Shown here: positions 23,127 to 34,900 of the stretch, one piece after another | How positions within the stretch are numbered: the first letter of the stretch is position 1 | Layout: every line of letters begins with the position of its first letter | Assembly (NCBI GenBank): GCA_008632985.1 | Contig: QPGO01000008.1 | Coordinates: 848,979 to 911,741, forward strand | Origin: Psammoneis japonica | Taxonomy: Eukaryota | Reading direction: 5' to 3' | Length of the DNA: 62,763 nucleotides | The notes under the pieces: model-generated | Databases searched by the model: none | What the model was told of the DNA's origin: nothing | The model's input: only the letters and a program-made list of their open reading frames with translations | Position numbers and translations under genes: made by a program

Positions 23127-24295
23127 TTAGTATTCATCTATGTCGTCATCGAGCTCATGAGCGGCAACGCCACGCCTTACTGCATTCGCAACTTTTGATC
23201 GGGCGGAAGCGTCTGCGTATTTGCCAATGTGCTCAAGGTATCTGTCTTTGTCAGGGAGAGTCCGTTGGACAGAATCGAGGCTCATCACGTGGTCAAACCA
23301 ACGATGGTAAGGATCGAGGCTGGAATCATCCGAGGGAATGACATAGTCTTGTCCACGATAGTGCTCAAACACATAATAGCGGAATGCCCACGGTAAGAGA
23401 GCCAAATCCACATTAGAAAGCTGGGCATCTGCTAAGAACAGCGGACCCGAAGTCTTCTTCAGCTCCTCCGAAAAGGACTTAAGACCCGACAAGAGCTTCT
23501 GAAAGTGCCTGAACGAAACGAAAAGAACGAAAAAGGGGCAATGGAAAGGTTGAGCGAGTCTTGTTTGTGACGGATGCCTATGGATCAGCCTTGCAGAAGG
23601 CTTTCCAAGATGCAGCTGCAGATCAAAAGGGCTACTCACTCCGTGCGTTCGTCATCATCCGTTCGAACCAACACTCCATAATAGGGAGAACAGCAGTCTC
23701 GATTGACTTTATCACACCAAACACGGCATCTTGCTGATTCATATGGGTCTTCTGGAACTAAACGGTCCTTTCCAGTGGCACCACTGATTTGATCGACAAA
23801 ATCGATTGTAACAAGTGATTCATAGACACTCTGATTTAAAAGCCGTTCGTAAGTTTGAAGAGTATGACATCATGGCATACAACATAAATGAGAATGAACC
23901 GTACCTTGGATTCATCAGCTTCTCCTGTGTCTCGATCAATTGGAAGAAGAGTAGGGACTAAAGCAGAAGGATTTGAACGTCGCAATTCATCAGCTTTCCA
24001 GTGATACCACCATTCTTTCCCAGTTCCGGTCACGTTGTTTTCGTCTTTCCGCTGTTCCCAGCCCAAAGCCTACACGATAATTTTGAAAAGAACCATGTTG
24101 TCAGCACGCAAGAGTACAACCCCGAAATGATTAAGTTTCAAGTAGCGTGTGTGTTCTCACTTCAACCCAATCGTATTCCACGCGATCCGCATGATGCTCA
24201 AGTGCTAGCGTCGCTCTGTGCGCAAAAGGGCAAAACCACGCCGAGAGGTATCGAAACTTTGGGATTGCCTTCGTCGCCGCTGTCGTTGATGCCAT
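23127..24295 (-). CDS. Glutathione S-transferase (omega-like), multi-exon
   Basis: Exon 1 MASTT...SAWFCPFAHRATLAL, NPSALVPTL, YESL, C-terminal LSNVDLALLPWAFR. Confidence 0.85.
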
Positions 24296-24671
24296 GGTTG
24301 ATTTTTCTTTTTGGTCGGACTTTGACCGCGGCTTTTTGAATGAGGATTCGGGGTTTACCTGAGAGAGAACGAACGAAGAAACAAAAAGCGCAGAGGCGAA
24401 CGCGTAACAGATACTTTATGAAGTTGTAGCGGATGTCGACGATCTCGCGACAACAAAAACAACCAACAACCACACGATGCGATGTAATGCAGTCCTTTTC
24501 TCTTTTTCGATTTTTCATTTTTCATTGTTCGATGACGTGGTTTTTCCGCGACCACGACTGAATTCTCGAAAAATATAATATATAAAATGAATATAAGCAT
24601 TTAACCGTTTCACATTTCTGCGAGATCGCCAAAAAAAATGTGACCATGGTTGTGATCAGTCAGATGTTATG

Positions 24672-24755
24672 TCGGCACTGACCGCTGACATTGAACGCTG
24701 TCTGTGCAGTACAGATATCGGCACTGACCGCTGACATTCAACGCTGTCTGTACAG
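24672..24755. repeat. 38-bp direct repeat (46-bp period) in the GST/trypsin divergent intergenic region
   Basis: TCGGCACTGACCGCTGACATT(G/C)AACGCTGTCTGT(G/A)CAG at 24672 and 24718. Confidence 0.9.
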
Positions 24756-24855
24756 GACTTGAGCCATATCGATTACTCATTACTGTTGACAAACATCACG
24801 ACCATTAGACTACTCAGAATTGAGCATTCGTTCTTCCTTCTGTATCGCAACGACG

Positions 24856-26721
24856 ATGGTCGCATGTGTCGTTTTCTCAACGTCAGTCGTCTTTCCCTGC
24901 ACAGTAAAAGGGCTTTCCACGCACTTAAAGAAATACGCAGCGCTCGTCCTTCTCATCGCTCAGTCAAGAACGTTCGTTGTGGGTGGGGAATATGTATCCC
25001 AAAAAATTGTCGGTGGTACGCCCGTCTCTGGTCCCGGAGTCTATCCCTTCTTTGTTGATTGGGATGGGAAATGTGGAGGTAGTCTTATTCATCCTGACAT
25101 GGTCTTGACTGCCGCTCATTGTACGCAAGTTTGGTCAAACACTGTTACCGTTGGGGCGATCGAGCCGAGAAACTCCGGCACCGTGGGAGCAGTGGCTCGG
25201 GGTGTTGCGAAGAGAATACCTCATCCCGACTATGACGATTTTGCCCTGACTGATGATGTGATGCTTCTTAAGCTTGACTCTCCTGTGACAACAATCACAC
25301 CGATAGCCATGAACAGGAACCATTCACTTCCAGAAACGAAGCAGAGTGTAAAAATTATTGGTTTGGGAAAGCTTGAGGAAGACGGGGTAAAGCCCGGAAC
25401 ACTTCAAGAGGCGATAGTCCAAACATTTTCCGATGAATACTGTGGCGCTGCATATGTGGGTATTCAGGTATATACACCAGATCTGCAATTTTGCTCTGGG
25501 GTCATAGGTGGCGGAGTAGACTCTTGGTAAGAAGTGTTTGAGTAGTTGTCTCTGACTGTGTCCTTGCCCGCATTTGAGTTTTTCTCACGCTTGATCCTCG
25601 TTTCCATCGTTGGTAGCCAGGGTGACTCAGGTGGACCAGTCTTTTCAATCAAGGCAAATGGAGCAGTTGATACTCAGGTAGGGGTTGTGTCATGGGGTTT
25701 AGGTTGTGCCAGACCTGACAAACCAGGTGTAAATGTGCAGATCAGCTCTGTTGTTGATTGGATTGATGAAATCATCTGCCTAGAGTCACAGTCAAGACCT
25801 AGTTCTTGTCCACCCGCGACTCCGTCCCCGACGTATGCACCAGCCCCCGATGGCCAAGCAGGTGTAGAAATTGGAGTAACAACAGATAGCTATCCGGCTG
25901 AAACAAGTTGGACACTGAGAGACAACGTTGACAACACCGTTGTTATGTCGGTATCACAGGGGAGTTTGACAGATCAGCGAACGCTTTACACATCAAGGGA
26001 AAACCTCGTCATTGGGAGGTCATACACCTTTGAAATCTTTGACTCATTTGATGATGGGATTTGTTGTACGTTTGGAAACGGGTCCTACTATATTGAAACC
26101 GACTCGCAGAGACTTGTGACCGGGTCAGGAGAGTTTGGGAGCTCTCAGTTAGAAACCTTTGTCGTGCCAGATTCAAAAACTTCGCCATCTAATCCAGAAC
26201 CCGATGCGTTTGAGATATATGTAAGCATCAATATCTACACGGACAATTTTCCAAGAGAAGTGGCTTGGACCCTCCGGGACAAGACTGATGGGGATCGACA
26301 AGTTGCATCGTCTCCGTTGTCCAACTACACAATCCCAAACGAGCTAGTGTCGACACTTGTAGCTCTATTTCCTGGAAATGAGTACAACTTCACCATTACA
26401 GACAAAGCTAAAGACGGGTTATGTTGCGACTACGGAGTTGGAAACTACACCATCACTGCAGGTGCCACTGTGATTGCTGGGGGATCGGAGTTTCTAGCAT
26501 CTGAAACGATCTTGTTCACGGCTCCATTTTTTGTTGACGAAGATGCTTATTGCGTCGACACAGCCGGTGTATTCTTGGTGGATACACAAGTCGGGGAACG
26601 GGGATGCTTGTGGCTACAAGAAAACACTTTGAATTATCCTTGGTTGTGTCAGTTTGTCGATGTGGCTACTGCCTGTCCGGTCACATGCGATGCATGCGAC
26701 TATCTTTCTGGATTGTCTTAA
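24856..26721 (+). CDS. Secreted trypsin-like serine protease with duplicated C-terminal beta-sandwich-like modules, 1 intron
   Basis: [27 protein letters not shown] (intron about 25527-25616), VVSWGLGCA. Two TD.[YF]P.E..WTL...DG.CC..G.G.Y modules. Start uncertain. Confidence 0.9.
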
Positions 26722-27236
26722 TAATTTGGAATGGATTGTGTGGCATTGATGAAAAGGGTAATGAAGAGGATCTTTGTAAAATTAGGTAGAAGAATGGGTG
26801 TTAATTTCAATTCTGACTAGGTGCGCTGCTGCAGTAAGTTGAACGTCTACGAGTAAAGCAGCTATACCTGCAAAGCCTGTTCAACTCCAGTAGTATCTCT
26901 GTAGCTACCGTAATAGCAGAAGGATGCGGAGAGTACATGAAAAGAGTAGAGAGTAGACAGAACCTTTCTCTATCCGAGAGGTTTCTCTATCCTAGTTCCT
27001 AGCCGTACAAGACCCTATAATTTCGAGATGTAATCCTCGATCCTACCTTTTGTCTCTAGCTAGAGCTACCGGTAGCTTCTGTCGATCAACCCGTCGTCGT
27101 CGCATCGTGCGTCCGCCAACCGCCAACACAATCAACAATCTCAAATCTCCCTCCTCCCTCCGACGGACCACAAAATCCGACGATGTCGTGTCTCGTCGGC
27201 CCCTTTACTGGGTGTTGTGTCTTTGTGTTTCTTATA

Positions 27237-29063
27237 ATGCGTCTCTCGGCCGTTTCTGCAGTTTCAAAAAGATATGGAAACCGCAGGCTTTGTTGGAGGG
27301 ATGCGCTCTCGCCGAAAATTGATGAAATGGTTGCGTACCGCTGTAGCTACTCGCCCGGATTGGCTTTCATCTCAAGAACCAGTCGCCGACACATTTCTCG
27401 GCAGGTTCATACGATATCAAAAGATAAGCGAGCATCATTTTTTCGTTGTTCCAGTGCTGTGGCTTCTCAACAAGAACGATTGTTTGCTACTTCGGTTTCG
27501 ACTGCTGCCGCAGAAGATACAGTTGATGGCGATGGTGGGTTTTTCTCAGCGACACAAACGAGCTTCGAATCCATGGGCGTTTCATCTCCAATCTTGTTGG
27601 AACGACTCGAAGAATTGGGATTGACACATCCTTCAGCAGTTCAAGCGGCTGCTTATGAATCAATTTTACAAGGTGGAGACGTGACGATTGGTGCCGAAAC
27701 GGGGAGTGGCAAGACTTTAGCCTATCTCTTGCCCATCTTGGACGATGTGTTGCAGCGGAAACAGAACAGCAAGGATGAGAATGGATACAACGGTTATGAT
27801 TATGCTCGTGCTATTATTCTAGTCCCCAATAAGGAACTCGTTCAGCAGGTGGTTCGGATGGCGGAACACCTCTGTGGCGGCAGAGCAAAGTGTCTTGTGT
27901 GGGGCAAGAAGTCCTTTGAGAACGACTCTATCGCTGGACAGGATAACGAAGAAAAAGAGGTAGACGAAGAATCAAGTATTGTTCGACTTGCCATATTGCC
28001 TGGTGGTCTCAAGGAGCCGCAGGACTTTGCTCCGTTTCGAAATTCTGTGGGCTTGGGTGGATCCGATCCACCGGTTGACATTGTCATTTCGACTCCTGCG
28101 TCGTTCGGTCCGTTCGCTCTGAAGCCCAGGCACATTGATTTATTTGCTGACATTCAGACCCTAGTGGTTGACGAAGCTGATATGTTGCTGGATGGTGGCT
28201 ATATCCGTGCGCTTGAGAATTGTCTCATGGGATTCCGTCGTGCTGACAAACTGGATACAGACCTTGGAGTTGCCAAGACACAACATGTGTTTTGCGCCGC
28301 TACTCTACCAGACATGGGCACAAAAAGTGTGGACGCTTTTTTAAAGAAAAAGTTTCCAAACGCCTCAAACGTCACAATGGCGGGTATGCACAATGCACGT
28401 CACTACGGCCTTGGTCAAAGGACGGTATGGATTGAAACCGAAGGAAAGAAAGAGCGCATGGAGGAATTAGTAAAAATGCTGAAAACACCGGCTAGTGAGG
28501 GTGGACTGAAGGGTGAGAAGGTCATGGTGTTTCTCAACACTATCGACGATGCAGATGGCGCCCATAATGCATTGCTCCGCGCTGGAGTCTCGGATGCGGT
28601 CCCCTACCACGCAAAAATTGCTTTGAACGAACGAACTGCAAATCTGGACCGCTTCCGCCAATATAATGCAGATAATCCCGAGGACAATGGCGCCGCTTCC
28701 GTCCTGGTTTGCACAGACTTGGCTAGCCGCGGATTGGATCTGCCGGGAGTGACGGCAGTGGTTCAGCTTCAATTTGCGCTTAACGTAGTGTCTCATTTAC
28801 ATCGAATGGGCCGATGCGGTCGTGCTGGTAACCGTGACGGACGTGGCATCATCTTTTACGGCTCCAAAGAGCAAGAGTTAGTTAAAGTCGTTAAGCAGGC
28901 CGAATTGGAGCAAGAACGCATGAAGCTTGCAGGAGATGTTGAAGAATTGGAGGACGAACAGGGTAAAGTGAATAGCGCCTTCAGTCGGAAACGAGGATTC
29001 ACAAAAAAGAGGAAAAAGGCGAGAAAGAAACAAGGACAGGAATCAGCGCCAGCAGAGTCGTAG
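27237..29063 (+). CDS. DEAD-box RNA helicase (probably organelle-targeted)
   Basis: Q motif, AETGSGKT, VPNKEL, DEAD, AAT, TDLASRGLD, HRMGRCGRAG. Confidence 0.93.
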   Translation: MRLSAVSAVSKRYGNRRLCWRDALSPKIDEMVAYRCSYSPGLAFISRTSRRHISRQVHTISKDKRASFFRCSSAVASQQERLFATSVSTAAAEDTVDGDGGFFSATQTSFESMGVSSPILLERLEELGLTHPSAVQAAAYESILQGGDVTIGAETGSGKTLAYLLPILDDVLQRKQNSKDENGYNGYDYARAIILVPNKELVQQVVRMAEHLCGGRAKCLVWGKKSFENDSIAGQDNEEKEVDEESSIVRLAILPGGLKEPQDFAPFRNSVGLGGSDPPVDIVISTPASFGPFALKPRHIDLFADIQTLVVDEADMLLDGGYIRALENCLMGFRRADKLDTDLGVAKTQHVFCAATLPDMGTKSVDAFLKKKFPNASNVTMAGMHNARHYGLGQRTVWIETEGKKERMEELVKMLKTPASEGGLKGEKVMVFLNTIDDADGAHNALLRAGVSDAVPYHAKIALNERTANLDRFRQYNADNPEDNGAASVLVCTDLASRGLDLPGVTAVVQLQFALNVVSHLHRMGRCGRAGNRDGRGIIFYGSKEQELVKVVKQAELEQERMKLAGDVEELEDEQGKVNSAFSRKRGFTKKRKKARKKQGQESAPAES

Positions 29064-29106
29064 TGTAGGGCTTAGTCGTAGAAGTTTGTAATAGATGCAT
29101 GTAGCT

Positions 29107-29997
29107 TTACTTTTTTGCTGCTCTTGGTGGGGCTCTACGTCTTGGTGCAGCTCGACCGCGAGGTGTTGATGGTGATGGAGGGCTTTGACTGTTTGAACTA
29201 TTCCCGTTCTTGTCTTTTTGCTGCTGTTTGCTGTTGAGTGCTGCCAAAAAGGTGAGGGCTGAAGGTGGAGGTGCGGTTGCGGTCTTGTTGTTTCCTCTGC
29301 CTCCTTGCGGTTGCTGTTGTTGTGCCGCATCAGGTGTTGGCGATAATCGTTGTCGCTTCGATGGTCCACTTCCTACAGAAGAAGAATCACTTTGCTGTCG
29401 TTGTAATGAAGTTTTCATGAGTGGCGGTTTCATGGATCCCATTTGCATTAAAGCAGTCTTTCGATGTGCAGGCATGGTCATGGTTCGTCTCGGCGCAAGC
29501 ATTGATTTCTTCCCCGATAGGGCTTGCTTGCTGAGTGGTTTTGCTTGAACACGAGATGGGTGTCCCCGAGGAGGAGGGTTCAATAGGTGTGCTCCTGGTG
29601 TTAAAGAAGAGGAACCAAACGGTGTGTTCGGTAGCTTGGGGGTCGTTGGCTGTTTGATATCGGGCATTTTCTGTATGGTCTCATTCGCACTGTGACACTT
29701 GGCGAATATTCCCAACAGTTGAGAGCGATCCGTTTGTGTCTCTTCTTTAGTATCGTTGTTGTCAGTGACTTGGCGATAGTCCTTATCCGACAGCAAAAGC
29801 AAACATGCATTGTTTAATGTCGCCGCGCTCATCACGGCAAAGGCGGCAGTACACTCTGAGGCTGATGGCGGAACTGGGCTCTCACTTTTTACTGAATCGT
29901 CCTTGGTTGTTTTTAATTTCTTGCCTCCATGTTTGTATTCGTCTTCTGATTTGGATGTGCCACCGCCGGACCCTGCCCTTCGTTGACGTTTCGCCAT
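29107..29997 (-). CDS. Hypothetical low-complexity basic protein
   Basis: 296-aa ATG-initiated ORF with normal composition, rich in Lys/Arg/Pro/Ser. Confidence 0.6.
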   Translation of the reverse strand: MAKRQRRAGSGGGTSKSEDEYKHGGKKLKTTKDDSVKSESPVPPSASECTAAFAVMSAATLNNACLLLLSDKDYRQVTDNNDTKEETQTDRSQLLGIFAKCHSANETIQKMPDIKQPTTPKLPNTPFGSSSLTPGAHLLNPPPRGHPSRVQAKPLSKQALSGKKSMLAPRRTMTMPAHRKTALMQMGSMKPPLMKTSLQRQQSDSSSVGSGPSKRQRLSPTPDAAQQQQPQGGRGNNKTATAPPPSALTFLAALNSKQQQKDKNGNSSNSQSPPSPSTPRGRAAPRRRAPPRAAKK

Positions 29998-30302
29998 GGT
30001 GGCGTTTTGATGAGCGATGAGCGGATGATGATTCGCAATTTGGAAATTCTTGTATGTTTGGTGCTCGGTCGAATGGGTCGAACGCCAGGCAGAGCGAGCG
30101 GGTCTGGTTTTTGTCCCTGTTCCACGTAGCTTTCAGTATAGATTCTACTGGAGTGAGTTTTGAAATGAGCAGACTTTGTCTGATCTACATCGTCCTACAG
30201 AACTTTCCACGAGCTCAACGGACCGTAAAGCATGGTATGACAAATCGCTCTCGCTTGCACGCATGTCCGTCGTGGCATGCGCAACGGAAACACAACCGGC
30301 GA

Positions 30303-31810
30303 ATGACCATGGCGGTCGACCGCAAACGCAACACCAACACCAACACCATGATTGAATCCAGCGGCATAAGTACAGAGCCCCTCACAGTAGAAAATGGCAG
30401 CGATTATCGCGACAAGCGAGTGGAGCTAAACAACAGAGGCAAGGGCGTGCTTCGGACGCAGAGCTTTGAAGTAACTCGGAAGCGTCGACCTGTAAGGCGA
30501 AGAAAACGAAAGCCCTTAGCCAACGACTTGGTGGATCGAACCGATCGCAGTTCCATCTTATTTTATCTCCTCTTGCTTGGACTGTTGATCTGTCTCAGTG
30601 ACGTGTTGTATGTGGTTGTCTATGTCGACAATTTGTTTCACGTGCAAAACATTGTTCACTTGGGGCAAAATACCGTGGTTGAAACTACTGAACAGCAAGT
30701 CGCTGAAGCGAACTCGGTTCAACAGAAAGAGCCTGAACAGAACAAGGATGATCCTCGTCATGACAAAGAACGCATCTTGCAAATGTTAGAAGAAGCGGGT
30801 ATGGGCAACGTCGATGATGAGACGATTCGAAAAGTAAGTCTTGTTTCGTATTCTACCAGTACGGTCACCCATTCTTCTGAAGTTCTCACCTTGTCTTTTC
30901 CTTCATAAAGTTACCCACTTGGAGCAAGGTATTGGAGTTATATGGAGATCACCCACGTATTTATGGATTGGAGCAATGCGAAGTCTTCCGAAAACGATCA
31001 GACCCTGCCGATCACTTTTTGTCTGTCGCAGGAGCCTTCAACAGCGGCACGAATCTCATGTCGGAATTGCTCATCCATAATTGTCACATGCCAGATCGAA
31101 TGAAAAAGTACGGAGCAAGGAATAGGGGAATCCGTTGGCAGGTTCCCTGGGGCAAGCACAATCCTCCGTCTGACGAAGCGTACCGACAATCGCACAAGAC
31201 GCTGAAGGATGCAGATGTGGACGCCAACAATGTCTTTCCCGCCGTCACGATCCGCGATCCTTATGTATGGATGTCGAGTATGTGTAGACATCATTACGAA
31301 GCGCATTGGCGTCACTCGGACCGTCACTGTCCTAATTTGGTTCCCGACATGATGGACAAGGCCAGTTTTCCTGGCCTTATTGGGAAAGAGTCAGTGCCAG
31401 TCGATGTCCGATACGGCGGCTTTCACACGCATCATGAGTCACTTGCACACATGTGGAATGACTGGTACAATGAGTATGTCCATGCGGACTTTCCTCGAAT
31501 AATCGTCAGAATGGAGGATCTCGTGTTTTATGCCAAGGAAGTGACTGAGACTGTCTGCCAGTGTGCTGGCGGGGCGATGGACCCGCGTGGTTTCAACTAT
31601 GTTGTTGATAGTGCTAAGAAGGGCCCTAATGCTCACGGTGCTATGGCTGATAGAACCTCGTTGGTGGATGCGATGATTCGATACGGTACGGACAAGAAAA
31701 GATTTGACGGATTCAAGAAGGAAGACCTTTTATTCGCAAACATGACGCTGAATCGAGATCTCTTGGAGTTTTTTGGTTATTCAGATCCTCCAGCACGATT
31801 GGTAGAGTAA
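30303..31810 (+). CDS. Type II membrane sulfotransferase-like protein, 1 intron
   Basis: N-terminal TM helix, intron about 30834-30909, AGAFNSGTNL (PAPS-loop-like), WQVPWGKH, IRDPYVW, VRMEDL. Start approximate. Confidence 0.7.
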
Positions 31811-31989
31811 CATCTTGAACATGACATTCGTCGCCTCTCTAGAGACTACAGTAGTAGGAGACTTGGCCTCTTGTTTCCCCACACTTTATTTTACGCATTT
31901 CTCGTCGGGGCTTCCATGCTGTAACAAGTGAGGATAGTTGGGGGTTCTGCCGCGATGAGGGAATGAAACCAACGACCAAAGTGACCTTT

Positions 31990-34900
31990 TCAGTGTTGCA
32001 ATGGTGTTTGGGCACTTTGCTATGGATGGTTGGCTTTCTTGCAGCCTGACTGGTGAGGTTCGAGGCTGAAAGTGTTGTTGCACTTTCAGAGATTGGGAAT
32101 TGAAGAAACCTCTGATTAGGTGCCTTGTGTCCATTGCATTGAACTGCAAAAAAGGAGGTGCCACACCATGAAAATCCCTCACTCAGCTGTCCCTCTGGGG
32201 AGCATCATTGTGCAGAAGTCCAAGGCTCAAAACTGTGACAGGGTTTTTCCTCCTGTGCCTGTCTCTTGAAAGAAACCATGGAGTGTGCAAGTGCAGAAAT
32301 GGCCCGTCAAGATCAAGGATTCAACAGTGGCCCGCCTGAGGTCCTTTGTTCCATTGCATGCATTTTGCATGATTTGTAAGAGGATGAATGTAAAGCCAGT
32401 GCTCACTTGAAAATCTTTTGGACTCTGGAGATCATGGGGCATTGACAGAGCCGTTTTTGCTGCATCTTAAACATTTCCAAACCCCACATGCTGCTGGTCT
32501 CCAGCCACCTTTGGAGGGACAAGTTTGGTTGCATGCCTGTGCTGGCTTGACCACACATTTCAGTGTGTGTGCCAATGTGGAGCTGGCCTGCTGCCAAACC
32601 ACCAAACATGCATCACACGGTTGATGCCCCCAGCAGGTGTGGCGGTGCACTTGTTGGAAAAAACTTTTCAGTGTCATCGTGACCCTGCACATGAACATGT
32701 GTGTGTCATGTGATCACAAGTGTGGTGCAAGCAAGCAGTGCACTCATGAAGCCTTTGAAAAGTCTCTGTCTTGCCACCATCTGAATCATCATTTGGCAGC
32801 TGTGTGCACATGCTGTTTTGTTTATCTTGCAAGACACTGACAAAATTCTTTCACCTGCTGGCAAAGCACAATGCAGAGTTGAAGTCCTGGCAAAATGCAC
32901 AACTGTCTCTAAGTTTCTCTGGCTGCTCATTGATTGTGCCCAGTGTCAAATTCTTTTCATTTGGAGCAGTTTAGAAATTGCAAAAAATGGCCACATTTGG
33001 GCTTTTCCAACGATTTGAACAGGGCTTTCTCAGCCATCTCATTCCCACAAAACCACAGCTGAGCACTGCTTTGACTGCTCTCTAACCTGGAAGCTCCTTC
33101 TTTAACTGGCTGCTTCAGCATGAGCTTTTGATGTGCATTCTCACCCATGCACTGCCTGCCATTGATTTGGAGATTTGCGTGAGACATGAAGTGCAGTGAC
33201 TGCCCCTTGTCTCTTTGTTGGCATGTTTTTGTGCTGCACATGTCAGGACAACTGCAGTGGTTGAGGGTTGTGGTTGGCAACAGAAGATTGCCACTTTGCT
33301 CTTTTTGGGTGCATTTTTGCCTCTGTCCAATTCTTCAAAAACCAAAGCCCATGCTAAAAGAACACTGCATGATCCGATGCTGGGGGACAAGAAATGTGTG
33401 CAAAAGTGCAGAGCTCTTTGCTTGTTGTGTGCATGTGTGATGTGTCCCAACAAGGCAGTGGTGGCAAGTCAGCTGGGGCTCTAGAGAGAGCTTGGACAAC
33501 ACACTGTGATGGGGCATCCAATGTCCAACCTGTGACATGTGTGCATGAAAACTGACTGTGACCAAGAACTGACCAGCAACAGAAACCACGCTGGGCAGCA
33601 AGCACATCACTCTTGCGTTCAGCTGGACCCAATCACAGAGAACAACTTTGCAGCACATTCAACTGAGGTTGGGGCAGTGTTGAAATCAGAGTCAGAATTG
33701 TGGTGTGAAGGAGCACCCCAGCTGTGCATTTTCAAAACATGATTGATGCAGCCTCTGCAATTGACAGCAACTGAGTCATCATTCTGAAGAACAACGCCCA
33801 CAGGCCATTGAACTCAGTGCAAAGTCCAAGACACTTGAAGGGAGGCAAGTTTTGTTCTCAAGCTGCCAAGTGGCCTTGCCAATGCAACCACAAACAATGA
33901 CAGCAATGTCAGTGCCATCATCAGTTGGCACATCAAGCTCAAAAACAAGTCACGTTCCTCTGTCAGATGAGCAAGTTGACAAGACTTGAAATGTTGCTCA
34001 TGAGCAAAAGTGATTTTAAAAGTCAGGATCTCATCATCAAAAACCTGACATGGAGCAAATTCTGCATCAAAAACCAAGGGCACCTGTTGTTTGTTGATGA
34101 AGATGATGCTCACACCTGCAAGCTTGTTCCACACTGCTTTAAGGGTGAAAAACAATTGAAAGCAGGGTTGCCCCTTGCAGTGTCTGAAACATGCACTTGG
34201 TCTGTCAATGTGCAAGCAGACAGGCCAACAAGACCATGGGTCCAATCCTTGGGTGGGTGCTTGATGACACATGCGACCATCTTTTCTTGGCAAAAAGATT
34301 GATGGAAGAAATGAACACAAGAACCATCATTTTACATGGCTCTGTTGGAAAAGGTGCACCTTGCTCAATTTGTTGCACAGTGCACCAAAATTCTTGACCT
34401 TGCCAGCAGCAACAGCAATCAGGGCAGATTTTTGATCTCGTGAAGGTGCAGCATTCTTTGTCCTGAGACAGTGACACATTTGCAGGGCCAAAAATGAACA
34501 AGAAGATTGGCATCAATGATTGTTGCATGGGCAGCATTCTCAACAGCAAGGTGTGTGTTGGCTCTTCAACAGGACAACACATTGACCAGACACACCAGCG
34601 TCAGAGGGACAAATGTCACAGCAACTTGTTGAAAGGGTCATGGACTTTGGGGCTCCTTGCAGATCTTGTTGCCTTGGTCCACAAGCACACATTTGTTTCA
34701 TCTAAATTGGAAGGGTGTCAAACAGAGTCATCTTGAGGGGGCCAAACACCCATCTCCACAGTGCTGTTGGACAACATCTGGGGTGCTTGGATTCACTTGA
34801 GAAGTTGCAGTCTCTTCTGCAGGTGCTGGAAGAGAGCAAAACTCATCTTGGAAAGGAGCGCACTTGCATGCAAAGAGAGACAGATTGTCACCAGGGTTGT

